Notes: generated by a model not told the origin, from the sequence alone. DNA of 64,000 nt from an uncultured Alphaproteobacteria bacterium (GCA_963850395.1 CAWKKZ010000001.1:23559-87558); one strand, 5' to 3'; positions 9,246 to 19,361 are shown, counted from the first letter of the stretch. Program-made: numbers and translations.

Positions 9246-10362
9246 TTCCAAGCAGCTCCACGATCCGCCGCGCGGTGTGCCCGTCCCCGAAGGGATTGTG
9301 GGCGCGCGCCATAGCTTCGTAGGCTGCCTTATCGTCGAGAAGTTTGAACATTTCGGTAACGATAACCGTTGTTTCGGTGCCAACCAGTTTGGCGGTGCCG
9401 GCCGCGACGCCCTCGGGCCGCTCGGTGGTCTCGCGCATGACCAGGACGGGCTTGCCCAGTGCGGGCGCCTCCTCCTGCACCCCGCCTGAATCGGTCAGCA
9501 TGATCTCGGCGAGTGAGAGCAGGCGGGCGAAGTGCGGATAGTCGAGCGGCTCGATCAGCGCGACGTTGTCGAGGCCCCCCAGCGCGCCGTTCATCACCGC
9601 GCGGACATTGGGGTTGAGATGGACCGGGAAAATCACCGCGACATCCGGCCGCGCGGCGATCTGGCGGATCGCCTCGGCAATGCTTTCCATCCCGCCGCCG
9701 AAGTTTTCGCGGCGGTGGCTGGTGACGCCGATGATCCGCTTGCCGGTGAAGCGCTGCTCGAGTTCGGCCAGTCCGGAGACCAGTTCGGGCCGCTCGGCGA
9801 TCTGCGCGGTCACCCAGTGGAGCGCGTCGATCACGGTGTTGCCGGTGACGTGAACCCGCACCGGATCGACGTTCTCAGCCTTGAGCGCCGCTGCCGAAAC
9901 CTCGGTCGGGGCGAAGTGCAGGCTGGCGACGGTGCCGATGATCTTGCGGTTCACCTCCTCGGGCCAGGGGTGATAGATGTTGCCTGAACGCAGCCCGGCC
10001 TCGACGTGATCGACCGGAATCTTTCGGTAGTACGCCGCCAGCGCCCCGCACATCGCGGTGGCGGTATCGCCCTGGACGATGACGCGGTCGGGCTGTTCGG
10101 CGTCCATCACCGCGCCCAGCCCGGTGAGCAAGGCCGCGGTCAGCGCGTCAAGGCTCTGGTCGGGCTTCATCAGGTCGAGATCGTGATCGGGGGTGAGGCC
10201 AGCGATCTCCAGCACCTGGTCGAGCATCTGCCGGTGCTGCGCGGACACACAGACCACGGGCACGAAACGCGGATCGGCCTTAAGCGCCGCAACCACCGGA
10301 AATAGCTTGATCGCCTCGGGGCGGGTACCGAAAATGATCAGGATCTTGGCCGGAGCGGACAT
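9229..10362 (-). CDS. wecB: UDP-N-acetylglucosamine 2-epimerase (non-hydrolysing)
   Basis: FGTRPEAIK, VQGDTAT, HVEAGLRS, HRRENFG, TDSGGVQEEAP, RETTERPE, NPFGDG. Confidence 0.96.
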   Translation of the reverse strand: MSAPAKILIIFGTRPEAIKLFPVVAALKADPRFVPVVCVSAQHRQMLDQVLEIAGLTPDHDLDLMKPDQSLDALTAALLTGLGAVMDAEQPDRVIVQGDTATAMCGALAAYYRKIPVDHVEAGLRSGNIYHPWPEEVNRKIIGTVASLHFAPTEVSAAALKAENVDPVRVHVTGNTVIDALHWVTAQIAERPELVSGLAELEQRFTGKRIIGVTSHRRENFGGGMESIAEAIRQIAARPDVAVIFPVHLNPNVRAVMNGALGGLDNVALIEPLDYPHFARLLSLAEIMLTDSGGVQEEAPALGKPVLVMRETTERPEGVAAGTAKLVGTETTVIVTEMFKLLDDKAAYEAMARAHNPFGDGHTARRIVELLGNEIGR

Positions 10363-10386
10363 GCGATTTCCCCTAACACCCGAGTG

Positions 10387-10401
10387 TTAACCATGAAATA
10401 A
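10387..10401. promoter_or_regulatory. CtrA-box-like motif (TTAACCAT half-site; TTAA-N7-ATAA) upstream of wecB
   Basis: TTAACCATGAAATAA between the divergent wecB and epimerase genes. Confidence 0.35.
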
Positions 10402-10446
10402 GGCGGCGAGTATAACGGTTCGGTTGGTTTATCGGAATCGCTTGGC

Positions 10447-10576
10447 AATCCTCCCCCACCGGGGGAGGTGGCCCACCGCAGGTGGGTCGGAGGGGGATCG
10501 GGTCACAAGGCCAGTGTGGTGACCCGATCCCCCTCCGCCTCGCTTCGCACGGCACCTCCCCCGGTGGGGGAGGATT
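10447..10576. repeat. Nested palindromic intergenic element (CIR/RIME-like, 130 bp)
   Basis: Perfect 24-bp terminal inverted repeat AATCCTCCCCCACCGGGGGAGGTG (10447-10470 / 10553-10576) enclosing a perfect 19-bp inverted repeat (10488-10506 / 10519-10537). Confidence 0.85.
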
Positions 10577-10590
10577 TGGTAGGGGTTTGA

Positions 10591-11589
10591 ATGCGCATCC
10601 TCGTTACCGGCGCCGCCGGATTTATCGGCCATGCCCTGACCCAGCGCCTGCTGGCGCGCGGCGACGTGGTGATCGGCATCGACAGTCTCAACGACTACTA
10701 CCAGGTCTCGCTCAAGCGCGACCGGGTGGCGACCTTGACCGAAGCCGGGGGCAACCGCTTCGCTTTCCACCACCTCGACTTCTCCGACATGGCCGCGCTG
10801 AACGCAGCGCTCGAGGGCATCCAGATCGACCGCGTGGTCCACCTCGGCGCCCAGGCCGGGGTGCGCTACAGCCTTGAGAACCCGCAAGCCTATGTCGCCA
10901 GCAACCTCGCCGGCCACGTCAACCTGCTCGAACTCGCGCGGCACCGCGCGGTCGAGCACATGGTCTATGCCAGCTCAAGCTCGGTCTATGGCGGCAACGC
11001 CAAGCTGCCGTTTGCCGTGGAAGACCGCGCCGACCACCCGGTCTCGCTCTACGCCGCGACCAAGCGCGCCGACGAACTGATGAGCGAAACCTACGCCCAT
11101 CTGTTCCGACTGCCGCTGACGGGCCTGCGCTTCTTCACCGTCTATGGCCCCTGGGGGCGGCCCGACATGATGCTGTGGATGTTCACCCGGCGGATTCTGG
11201 CGGGCGAGCCGATCCCGGTGTTCAACCACGGCGAAATGCACCGCGACTTCACCTATATCGACGACATCATCGCCGGGGTGGTGGCCGCGCTCGACCATGC
11301 CCCCGCCGATGACGGCGCCGAGAAGGCCGGCGGCAGCGTCAAACCCCACGCGCTCTACAACATCGGCAACAACCGCTCGGAGCACCTGATGAAGGTGGTC
11401 GCCCTGCTCGAGGAGGCCTGCGGGCGCAAGGCTGAGGTCGAGATGCTGCCAATGCAGCCGGGCGATGTGCCCGCGACCTACGCCGACATCAGCGCGATTG
11501 CCCGCGATCTGGGCTATGCCCCGACGACGAGCATCGAGGTGGGGGTGCCACGGTTTGTCGAGTGGTATCGGGGGTATCATGGGGTTTGA
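10591..11589 (+). CDS. NAD-dependent epimerase, UDP-glucuronate 4-epimerase type
   Basis: TGAAGFIG, HLGAQAGVRYS, YASSSSVYG, YAATK, RFFTVYGPWGRPDM, RDFTYIDDI, MQPGDV. Confidence 0.93.
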   Translation: MRILVTGAAGFIGHALTQRLLARGDVVIGIDSLNDYYQVSLKRDRVATLTEAGGNRFAFHHLDFSDMAALNAALEGIQIDRVVHLGAQAGVRYSLENPQAYVASNLAGHVNLLELARHRAVEHMVYASSSSVYGGNAKLPFAVEDRADHPVSLYAATKRADELMSETYAHLFRLPLTGLRFFTVYGPWGRPDMMLWMFTRRILAGEPIPVFNHGEMHRDFTYIDDIIAGVVAALDHAPADDGAEKAGGSVKPHALYNIGNNRSEHLMKVVALLEEACGRKAEVEMLPMQPGDVPATYADISAIARDLGYAPTTSIEVGVPRFVEWYRGYHGV

Positions 11590-11770
11590 GGCGTTGCCAC
11601 GTTGCGCCGGACATGTGAGTTATTGCAACTAACATCGCTACCCAGCAATGCTATGCTACTCGTTGTCGGCAATGCCAAATGGCGGTGTCAAAGCGAGCGC
11701 AATGGCATGTGGTAACATGGCGGCTATGCCAACGAGGTAATTGCGCTCTGGCGGGCGGCAAATCGGCTAG

Positions 11771-12592
11771 TCATTGGACCTTTGTAGGACGAAACCCCCT
11801 ATAGACCCAATTCACGGTCCACCCGAGCAGCCACATAAACAGGGCTGGGAACAGTGCATAAAGGATCGCAGGATAGGCCGCTGAAATGAACGACCGCTCG
11901 CACTCGATGTGGTAGTCGGGACCGTAAGATTCTTGGCTCATTTTCACAGAGTTGAGAATGCAGCCTTTTAAAGCAGGCTGCGTCGCATTCGCCTCCCGAT
12001 ATAGCGCATTCCAAAACGCCTGATCCTTCAGCGCTGCCGTAGCCTGCGAAGGTGAATGATACGCATTGACCGATCGGTCTTCGCCAAACTGGACAAGGAA
12101 TATCGGCGCGCCGATCAGCAAGGATAGGACAACCCAAAGTCTTTTCCATCCACTCATCCGCTTGCGCTCCGTCTTTTCCTGGCCTTCTTTTCGAGCAGTC
12201 GCCTTCAACCTGGCGGAAGAAGCGTCCAGCTGGCGTTGAATCTTTCGTTTAGCAACCCGCTGTCGAGCTGTCATTTGGAGATCAGAGGCCCACTCCCCCA
12301 GAGCTTCGCAAAGCGCGGACAGGATGGCAGGTGCAATCAACAGAAGCCACCAGACCCGATCCCAATTCAAAATTTTGTGCGGAGCTTTCGCCAAGCCAAG
12401 TGTTATCCAAAATGGTTCTTCTGAATAATGGCCGTCCACCAATAGGCCCCATAGTCCCTCGAATAGCTCGATTAGTCCCCACCAAAATGAGGCAATCGCA
12501 ACCAAGCCGAAAAAGAGCTGCCCCCCAGAAAGGATCATGCTCAACTTTGGATGCGGACGCGGAATGGCTGGCATAGCTCCCTCCTTCCGCAA
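11771..12592 (-). CDS. Hypothetical protein with about 4 TM segments, lower GC than host genes
   Basis: 273-aa ORF (possible start at 12574 after AGGAGGGAG); hydrophobic segments separated by a basic coiled linker. Confidence 0.7.
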   Translation of the reverse strand: MRKEGAMPAIPRPHPKLSMILSGGQLFFGLVAIASFWWGLIELFEGLWGLLVDGHYSEEPFWITLGLAKAPHKILNWDRVWWLLLIAPAILSALCEALGEWASDLQMTARQRVAKRKIQRQLDASSARLKATARKEGQEKTERKRMSGWKRLWVVLSLLIGAPIFLVQFGEDRSVNAYHSPSQATAALKDQAFWNALYREANATQPALKGCILNSVKMSQESYGPDYHIECERSFISAAYPAILYALFPALFMWLLGWTVNWVYRGFRPTKVQ

Positions 12593-12667
12593 CTATGTCT
12601 ATCAATGAGTATAAATTCAACCAAAGGAATTGCGGCGACGACTTGCATCGTCACAAAACTCCCTCTC

Positions 12668-13459
12668 CTATTTCCGCCGCTTGTAACCCGCAGGCAACTC
12701 GTCGCCCTTACGCGGGGCTTCGCCGCCGGGGCGGTTCATGATCCGCTCGAAGCTTGCGCCATCGGTGCGGCGGGCGCTTATGATCTCCGCCATCTGCTCT
12801 ACCGTCATACGTCTACCGAAGTCGAGCGTCTTGCGTATCGGCTCGAAAACCTGAAGCATGTTCCGGTAGTTTTCGACCATGTTGCAATGAGAATTCAATG
12901 AGCGCTGCTCTTCGCCAAAGCGGCTAAACCGTTTGAGGTCCCGCACCAAGAACAACGCGATGCTGTAGCATTCGCCTTCCTCGTTACCGTCGAAGCCCGA
13001 AAACCTAACGGTTTTGTAGGGTGCAATCTTCCCCGCAAGTTCAGACTTCTCCTCCTCGCTAAACCGATCGTAGTCCTCTTCGAGGAAACGCCACATATCG
13101 AGCACGTCAACGACAAAACCTACGCGGCGCTGCTTGTCAGCCTGGCCATGGAAAATGTGGGGCATTTCCCAGCCGAGCGCCCAATAATGCCCTCCCACGA
13201 TTGCCTTCTGGACAAGGCTCACATCGTTATCGACCCCGACGCCGGATTTTTCGATGAACTCCGCAAGGATCATCGCAATCAGCTTTTCGCCATCCGAGAG
13301 GTGCGGTGCGCGGCCGCGGTTGTCATGAGCCAAACCATCCTCAAGCAGGCGACGCACCGCTTCCGCTCGCGATGGCGTGTCATCTTCGGTGGACCGCCAG
13401 TTGTCGAGCCGATCTAGCAACTCGCTGTCGATTCGCATTTCAAATCGCTCCGATGCCAT
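12668..13459 (-). CDS. Ribbon-helix-helix domain fused to a YfbU (UPF0304) family domain
   Basis: N-terminal RFEMRIDSELLDRLDNWR...SRAEAVRRLLEDGL (RHH); C-terminal FVVDVLDMW, FSGFDGNEE, LNSHC, YRNMLQVF typical of YfbU. Confidence 0.8.
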   Translation of the reverse strand: MASERFEMRIDSELLDRLDNWRSTEDDTPSRAEAVRRLLEDGLAHDNRGRAPHLSDGEKLIAMILAEFIEKSGVGVDNDVSLVQKAIVGGHYWALGWEMPHIFHGQADKQRRVGFVVDVLDMWRFLEEDYDRFSEEEKSELAGKIAPYKTVRFSGFDGNEEGECYSIALFLVRDLKRFSRFGEEQRSLNSHCNMVENYRNMLQVFEPIRKTLDFGRRMTVEQMAEIISARRTDGASFERIMNRPGGEAPRKGDELPAGYKRRK

Positions 13460-13720
13460 ATCCGTAATTCCGTATATAGTTACGTAATACCGGCTCAGAT
13501 AACGAGGAATGTTGGATTTGGCAAGCCCCGGCTTGGGCAGTGCCAACCTGAAGCGCAAAATTCCCCATTCAACCAGCTCGAGGCTTTCCTACATGCCCTT
13601 GCATTGGCATTGTGCGGACGGTCTCGAAGTTGCTTTGCGTTCAAAATGCCCCGCCTGCCTGCAATTCAAGGCAAGTAACTGTTTATATTGAATTACACCA
13701 GATTCCGGTTACCCCTCTCA

Positions 13721-13783
13721 GCCGCTTTGAACCCGCTCCAGGTCGCCTTGTACCCCTCCTAGGTCGCTTTGTGCCCCGTCTGT
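13721..13783. repeat. Imperfect 21-bp tandem repeat, 3 copies
   Basis: GCCGCTTTGAACCCGCTCCAG / GTCGCCTTGTACCCCTCCTAG / GTCGCTTTGTGCCCCGTCTGT. Confidence 0.5.
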
Positions 13784-13903
13784 GCCCCCTTGTGCGAACC
13801 ACTGGCCGCAAGCGCCAAAATCCGCCGGTTTCGGGATAAATGCTACAACATCCCGCTCAGCCTGAGCTTGTCGCCGGCCCCGCGCCCGCGCCATCACCGC
13901 GCC

Positions 13904-14458
13904 ATGGCGATTCTTTCCGACAAGTGGATCCGCACCCAGGCGCTCGAGCACGGGATGATCGAGCCGTTCGTCGAGGCGCAGCGGCGGGACGGGTGCATCA
14001 GCTACGGCCTCTCCTCCTACGGCTACGACGCGCGGGTGGCGGAGGACTTCAAGATCTTCACCAACGTCAATTCCTCGATTGTCGATCCCAAGAACTTCGA
14101 TCCCGACAGCTTCGTCGACCGCAGCACCGATGTCTGCGTGATCCCGCCCAATTCGTTCGCGCTGGCCCGCACGGTCGAATACTTCCGGGTGCCGCGCGAC
14201 GTGCTGGTGATCTGCCTGGGCAAGAGCACCTATGCCCGCTGCGGGATCATCGTCAACGTCACCCCGCTCGAGCCGGGCTGGGAAGGCCACGTGACGCTGG
14301 AGTTCTCGAACACCACCCCGCTGCCCGCCAAGATCTATGCCAACGAGGGCGCCTGCCAGTTCCTGTTCCTCCAGGGCAACGAACCCTGCGAGACCAGCTA
14401 CGCCGACCGCGCCGGCAAATACATGGGCCAGCGCGGGGTGACGCTGCCCAAGCTTTAG
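13904..14458 (+). CDS. dcd: dCTP deaminase
   Basis: [59 protein letters not shown]. Confidence 0.97.
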   Translation: MAILSDKWIRTQALEHGMIEPFVEAQRRDGCISYGLSSYGYDARVAEDFKIFTNVNSSIVDPKNFDPDSFVDRSTDVCVIPPNSFALARTVEYFRVPRDVLVICLGKSTYARCGIIVNVTPLEPGWEGHVTLEFSNTTPLPAKIYANEGACQFLFLQGNEPCETSYADRAGKYMGQRGVTLPKL

Positions 14459-14469
14459 AAAGGCCTGCG

Positions 14470-15642
14470 ATGGAAACGCCCTTGTTCGACCAGTGGCGGG
14501 CCCGTTCGCCGCATTACGACGACAGCCACGAGGCGGTCTGCGATTCGGTCCGCGCCTTCGTCAGCCGAGAGATCACCCCGCATATCGATGCCTGGGAAGC
14601 GGCCGGGGAACTGCCGCGCGAGCTGCACAGGAAGGCTGCGGCAGCAGGGGTGCTGGGGCTCAACTATCCCGAGGAATACGGCGGCACCGGTGACGGCTTC
14701 ACCCTGTTCCATAGCCTGGTCCAGAGCGAGGAGCTGGCCCGGCCTGGTGCTGGCGGGATCAGCGCCTCGCTGATGACCCACGGGATTGGACTGCCGCCGG
14801 TGCTGGCTGCGGGCAGCGCGGAACTCAAGGCCCGGATCGCGCCGCAAGTGCTGGCCGGAGAGAAGATCATCGCGCTGGGGATCACCGAGCCGGGCGGCGG
14901 TTCGGACGTTGCCAACCTGCGCACCCGGGCCGAGCGCCGGGGCGCGGCCTATGTGGTCAACGGCGCCAAGACGCTGATCACCTCGGGCATGCGCGCGGAC
15001 TATATCACGCTCGCGGTGCGCACCGGCGGGTCCGGGATCGGCGGGGTTTCGCTGCTGCTGGTCGAGACCGACCGCCCTGGCATTTCGCGCACCCGGCTCG
15101 ACAAGATGGGCTGGCTCTGTTCGGACACCGCGACGATCCACTTTGACGATGTCGAGGTTCCCGCCGAGAACCTGATCGGCCCCGAGAACGCCGGGTTCGG
15201 CGCGATCATGCGCAATTTCAACGGCGAGCGGCTCGGCATGGCCCAGGGCGCCGCGGCCTATGCCCGGATCTGCTATGAGGACGCGCTCGACTGGGCGCGG
15301 CAACGCGAGACTTTCGGCAAGCCGCTGGTGACCAACCAGGCGATCCGCCACAAGCTGGCCGACATGGTCCGGCGGATCCAGGCGACCCAGGCCTGGATCG
15401 ACCACTGCGCCTGGCAGGTGCTGAACGCCAAGGCCTTCCCCGGCGACTTCGCGCTGCTCAAGGTCCAGGCCACCCAGACCATGGAATTCTGCGCCCGCGA
15501 GGCCTGCCAGATCCTGGGCGGGGCGAGCTTCGTGCGCGGCAGCCGGGTCGAGCGGATCTACCGCGAAGTTCGGGTGATGGCGATCGGCGGGGGGAGCGAA
15601 GAGATCATGTTCGACCTCGCCAGCAGGCAGTATCGGTTCTGA
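14470..15642 (+). CDS. Acyl-CoA dehydrogenase
   Basis: ALGITEPGGGSDVA, NGAKTLITSG, GWLCSDTATIHF, FNGERL, QRETFGKP, YREVRVMAIGGGSEEIM. Confidence 0.94.
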   Translation: METPLFDQWRARSPHYDDSHEAVCDSVRAFVSREITPHIDAWEAAGELPRELHRKAAAAGVLGLNYPEEYGGTGDGFTLFHSLVQSEELARPGAGGISASLMTHGIGLPPVLAAGSAELKARIAPQVLAGEKIIALGITEPGGGSDVANLRTRAERRGAAYVVNGAKTLITSGMRADYITLAVRTGGSGIGGVSLLLVETDRPGISRTRLDKMGWLCSDTATIHFDDVEVPAENLIGPENAGFGAIMRNFNGERLGMAQGAAAYARICYEDALDWARQRETFGKPLVTNQAIRHKLADMVRRIQATQAWIDHCAWQVLNAKAFPGDFALLKVQATQTMEFCAREACQILGGASFVRGSRVERIYREVRVMAIGGGSEEIMFDLASRQYRF

Positions 15643-15750
15643 GCGCGAGGCTTCCGTAACGTCGGGCGGAATCGGTTCGACATTGCCACCGGACTGTGGC
15701 CTTCTGCAGGCGACGCCGACCTTGAGATTCGGCCAACCGGAGAGCTTCGC

Positions 15751-16929
15751 ATGACCGCCAAGGCAGACCGCCCCTATGATCTCGTCGTTTACGGCGCCAC
15801 TGGCTACACCGGGCGACTGGTGGCCGAGTACCTGGCGCATCACTACCAGGGTAAAGGCCCGAAGTGGGCGATGGCCGGGCGCTCCAAGGACAAGCTGGCC
15901 GAGGTCCGCGACCTGATCGGCGCGCCCAAGGACACCCCGCTGATCGTTGCGGATTCCGACGATCCCGCCAGCATGACGGCTTTGGCCGAGAGCACCCGCG
16001 TGGTCGTCACCACGGTCGGCCCCTACCAGCTCTACGGCGAGCCCTTGCTCAAGGCCTGCGTCGAAGCCGGCACCGACTATGCCGACCTCTGCGGCGAGCC
16101 GGGCTGGATGCGCGAAATGATCGACAAGTACCACGACGCGGCCAAGGCATCGGGCGCGCGGATCGCGTTCTCATCGGGCTTCGATTCGATCCCGTTCGAT
16201 CTCGGGGTCTTGATGCTGCAGAAGGAGGCCGTGGCCCGCCACGGCAGCCCTGCGCCGCGGGTCAAGGGCCGGGTCCGCGCTATGCAGGGGACCTTCTCCG
16301 GCGGGACTGCAGCCAGCCTGACCGAGACGATGAAAGCGGTGGCCAGGAAGCCCAGTTTGATCGCAATCCTGCAAAGTCCGTTCGGGCTGACTCCCGGTTT
16401 CGAGGGGCCGAGCCAGCCGATGGGCTTGATCCCGGAGTACGAGGAAAGCGTCGGCAAATGGGCCGCGCCGTTCATCATGGCGACGATCAACACCAAGAAC
16501 GTCCACCGCACCAACCTGCTGCTCGGCCACCCCTATGGCGCCGATTTCAAATATGACGAGATGATGCTGACCAGCGCCGGTGAATTGGGCGAGAAGGCCG
16601 CGCACGCGGTCGGCGAAATGCTCAAGAACCCGTTCGGGGCCAAGCCGCCCAAACCCGGCGAAGGCCCGAGCAAGGAAGAGCGTGACAACGGCTTCTACGA
16701 CGTGCTGTTCATCGCCGAATGGCCGGATGGCAAGACGCTGCGCTACGGGGTCAAGGGCCGCTACGATCCGGGCTATGGCTCGACCAGCCGGATGATCGCC
16801 GAAACCGGGATCGCGCTGCTCAGCTGCACGGCCGCAGGCGCGGTGGCGACCCCGGGCGCGCTGCTCGGCGAGGACCTGGTCAAGCGGCTTGGCGAACACG
16901 CCGAGATCACTTTCGCGGTCGAGGAATGA
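15751..16929 (+). CDS. Saccharopine dehydrogenase-like / trans-acting enoyl reductase family oxidoreductase
   Basis: YGATGYTG, AMAGRS, TTVGPY, YADLCGE, GFDSIPFDLG, GEGPS, DPGYGSTS. Confidence 0.88.
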   Translation: MTAKADRPYDLVVYGATGYTGRLVAEYLAHHYQGKGPKWAMAGRSKDKLAEVRDLIGAPKDTPLIVADSDDPASMTALAESTRVVVTTVGPYQLYGEPLLKACVEAGTDYADLCGEPGWMREMIDKYHDAAKASGARIAFSSGFDSIPFDLGVLMLQKEAVARHGSPAPRVKGRVRAMQGTFSGGTAASLTETMKAVARKPSLIAILQSPFGLTPGFEGPSQPMGLIPEYEESVGKWAAPFIMATINTKNVHRTNLLLGHPYGADFKYDEMMLTSAGELGEKAAHAVGEMLKNPFGAKPPKPGEGPSKEERDNGFYDVLFIAEWPDGKTLRYGVKGRYDPGYGSTSRMIAETGIALLSCTAAGAVATPGALLGEDLVKRLGEHAEITFAVEE

Positions 16930-18152
16930 ACACACCGCCCGCGCCGCCAGGCGAGGAGAGCGAGTGGGCGCAGGGCTGGCGCATCGTGCTGGGCTGCGCG
17001 CTGGCTTCGGGCAGCGGGATCGTGCTGCTGTTCTTCACCTTCAACCTGTTCGTGCTGCCGCTCGCCGCAGAGCTGGGCGTGACCCGCGGCGAGATCGGCA
17101 CGATCCAGGCGCTGATTGTCACCGGCGCGCTTGGCGCCCCGGTGATCGGACGGGCAGCGGACATCTGGGGGTTCAAACCGGTTTATCTGGCCTGCACCGG
17201 TTTGCTGGTTTGCGGCGAGGTCATCTCGGCGTTGTTCGCCAGCACCCTCACCCATATGGCGATAACCGTGGCCTTGCTCGGTTTCATTGGTGTCGGCAGC
17301 ACAGCGGTGGTGACCACCCGCCCGGTCAACGCGCATTTCACGCGCTATCGTGGGCGGGCGCTGGGACTTGTCGCAGTGGGTGTTTCGATTACTGCTTTCA
17401 TTGCCCCGCTGCTGCTCCAGCCGGTTATCGAAAGCTACGGCTGGCGCGGCGGATTCCTCGCGCTGGCAGCTTTCGCGGTTTTGCTCGGGATGCCCGCAGC
17501 GGCACTGATCGTCCCGGCCAGCGCCAGTCGCGCCCATATCGCCAGCAAGGGCGCCGCAAAGCCTGACTGGACTTTTCTGACCGACCGCGATTTCGTGCTG
17601 ATGGCGCTGGCGATTGTCGCCATGGGCATGGCCACAGCAGGCTTCGTCGGCCAGCTTTCACCCATTATCCAGGACGAGGGGTTCGGCCCCGAAATCGGCG
17701 CCTTGGCAGTTTCGGTGTTTGCCGCGGGGCAGTTCTTCGGACGGCTTGGCGGCGGCTGGCTGCTCGACACGTTTCGGCCCCAGACCGTGGCGGTTGTCCT
17801 GACTATTGTTCCGGGATGCGGTTTTCTGCTGCTCGCGATGACCGAACAGATGCAAGGGGCCGCGATTCTGGCTGCAGGAATGATCGGTCTGCAGCAAGGG
17901 GCCGAGCTTGACCTGTTTGCCTATTTCGTCGCGCGGCGCTTCGCGATCGCCCGGTATGGCACGATCTACGGCGCGCTCAACGGGGTCAGCTGGATCGGCA
18001 ACGGTATCGGCATCGCCGGAGTTGGGCTGCTGCACGACCGGCTTGGTTCCTATACCCTGGCGCAGGGTCTAGGCATGGCTGCGCTGATCGTGGGCGCGGT
18101 GCTGATCGGCTTCATCCGCCTGCCGCCTGCCGAACCTCGCTTCGCAGCCTAG
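16926..18152 (+). CDS. MFS transporter
   Basis: About 12 hydrophobic helices; GRAADIWG and GGWLLDTF loop motifs; ATGA overlap with the upstream gene. Confidence 0.88.
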   Translation: MNTPPAPPGEESEWAQGWRIVLGCALASGSGIVLLFFTFNLFVLPLAAELGVTRGEIGTIQALIVTGALGAPVIGRAADIWGFKPVYLACTGLLVCGEVISALFASTLTHMAITVALLGFIGVGSTAVVTTRPVNAHFTRYRGRALGLVAVGVSITAFIAPLLLQPVIESYGWRGGFLALAAFAVLLGMPAAALIVPASASRAHIASKGAAKPDWTFLTDRDFVLMALAIVAMGMATAGFVGQLSPIIQDEGFGPEIGALAVSVFAAGQFFGRLGGGWLLDTFRPQTVAVVLTIVPGCGFLLLAMTEQMQGAAILAAGMIGLQQGAELDLFAYFVARRFAIARYGTIYGALNGVSWIGNGIGIAGVGLLHDRLGSYTLAQGLGMAALIVGAVLIGFIRLPPAEPRFAA

Positions 18153-18185
18153 CCAGGGACCCAAGCGCCGGTTAGTCTGACGCAG

Positions 18186-19361
18186 ATGATCTCGCTCGCC
18201 GACCGCCTGTCTGTCCCCGCTGCCACTACCGTGTTTGAGCGGATGTCAGGCCTCGCCCGCGAGCTGGGGGCGATCAACCTTGGCCAGGGCTTTCCCGATA
18301 TGGCCGAGCCGCCCGAGCTGGTCGATGCGGCGCAGCGCGCGCTGGCCGGTCGTTCCAACCAGTATCCGCCAATGCGCGGGCTGGCGGAACTGCGCAGCGC
18401 GATCGCCGGCTACTACAGCCGCAAGCAGGGGCTGGAGATTGCCGAGGACAATATTGTCGTTACCTCGGGCGCGACCGAGGCGCTCGCCGCCAGCCTGCTC
18501 GCGCTGGTCCGCCCGGGCGACGAGGTGGTGCTGGTCCAGCCGCTTTACGATGCCTACCTGCCGCTGGTCGAGTGGGCCGGCGGCAGCGCCAAACTGGTCA
18601 GCCTGACGCCGCCGGACTGGACCTTGCCGGTGGACGCGCTGGCGGCGGCGATAAGCCCAAAGACCCGCGGGATCGTGCTCAACACCCCCAACAACCCGGC
18701 CGGCACGATGCTGACCCGCGCCGAGCTCGAAGCAATCGGCGAACTGGCCCAGGCTTACGACCTGTGGGTGATCTGCGACGAGGTCTGGGAAGGCATGGTG
18801 CTCGATAACACCGCCCACAGCTCTCCGCTCGCAATCCCGTCGCTGGCCGAGCGCACGGTCAAGATCGGCTCGGCTGGCAAGATCTTCTCAATGACCGGGT
18901 GGAAGGTTGGCTGGGCCGTAGCCGCGCCGCCGCTGGCCCGCGCGGTCGCTTCGCGTCACCAGTTCCTGACCTTCACCACCGCGACGCCGCTGCAATGGGC
19001 AGTGGCTGAATGCCTTGCCTTGCCCGCGGCCTGGCACGCAGCACATCGCGCCCGTTATGCCAGAGCCAAGGCGCGGCTGGTCGAAGGCCTGACGCAAGCC
19101 GGTTTCGCGGTGCTCCCAGCCAATGCCACCTGGTTCGTGACCCTGGACCTTGCCGCCTCGGGTTTACCAGCAGACGACATGACCGTCGCCGAGCGCCTGA
19201 TCCGCGAAGCCGGGGTCGCCTCGATTCCGGTTTCCGCGTTCTACGCGCAGCAGCCCGAGCGCGGCTACTTGCGGCTGTGCTTCGCCAAGGCAGACGCAAC
19301 GCTCGACCAGGCTGTCGAACGGCTGGTCAGCTTCAGAAGCCAAGGGAAATGGAGCGGGTGA
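18186..19361 (+). CDS. PLP-dependent aminotransferase class I/II (YbdL-like)
   Basis: INLGQGFPD, QYPP, VTSGATEAL, NTPNNPAG, CDEVWE, GSAGKIFSMTGWKVGW. Confidence 0.92.
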   Translation: MISLADRLSVPAATTVFERMSGLARELGAINLGQGFPDMAEPPELVDAAQRALAGRSNQYPPMRGLAELRSAIAGYYSRKQGLEIAEDNIVVTSGATEALAASLLALVRPGDEVVLVQPLYDAYLPLVEWAGGSAKLVSLTPPDWTLPVDALAAAISPKTRGIVLNTPNNPAGTMLTRAELEAIGELAQAYDLWVICDEVWEGMVLDNTAHSSPLAIPSLAERTVKIGSAGKIFSMTGWKVGWAVAAPPLARAVASRHQFLTFTTATPLQWAVAECLALPAAWHAAHRARYARAKARLVEGLTQAGFAVLPANATWFVTLDLAASGLPADDMTVAERLIREAGVASIPVSAFYAQQPERGYLRLCFAKADATLDQAVERLVSFRSQGKWSG

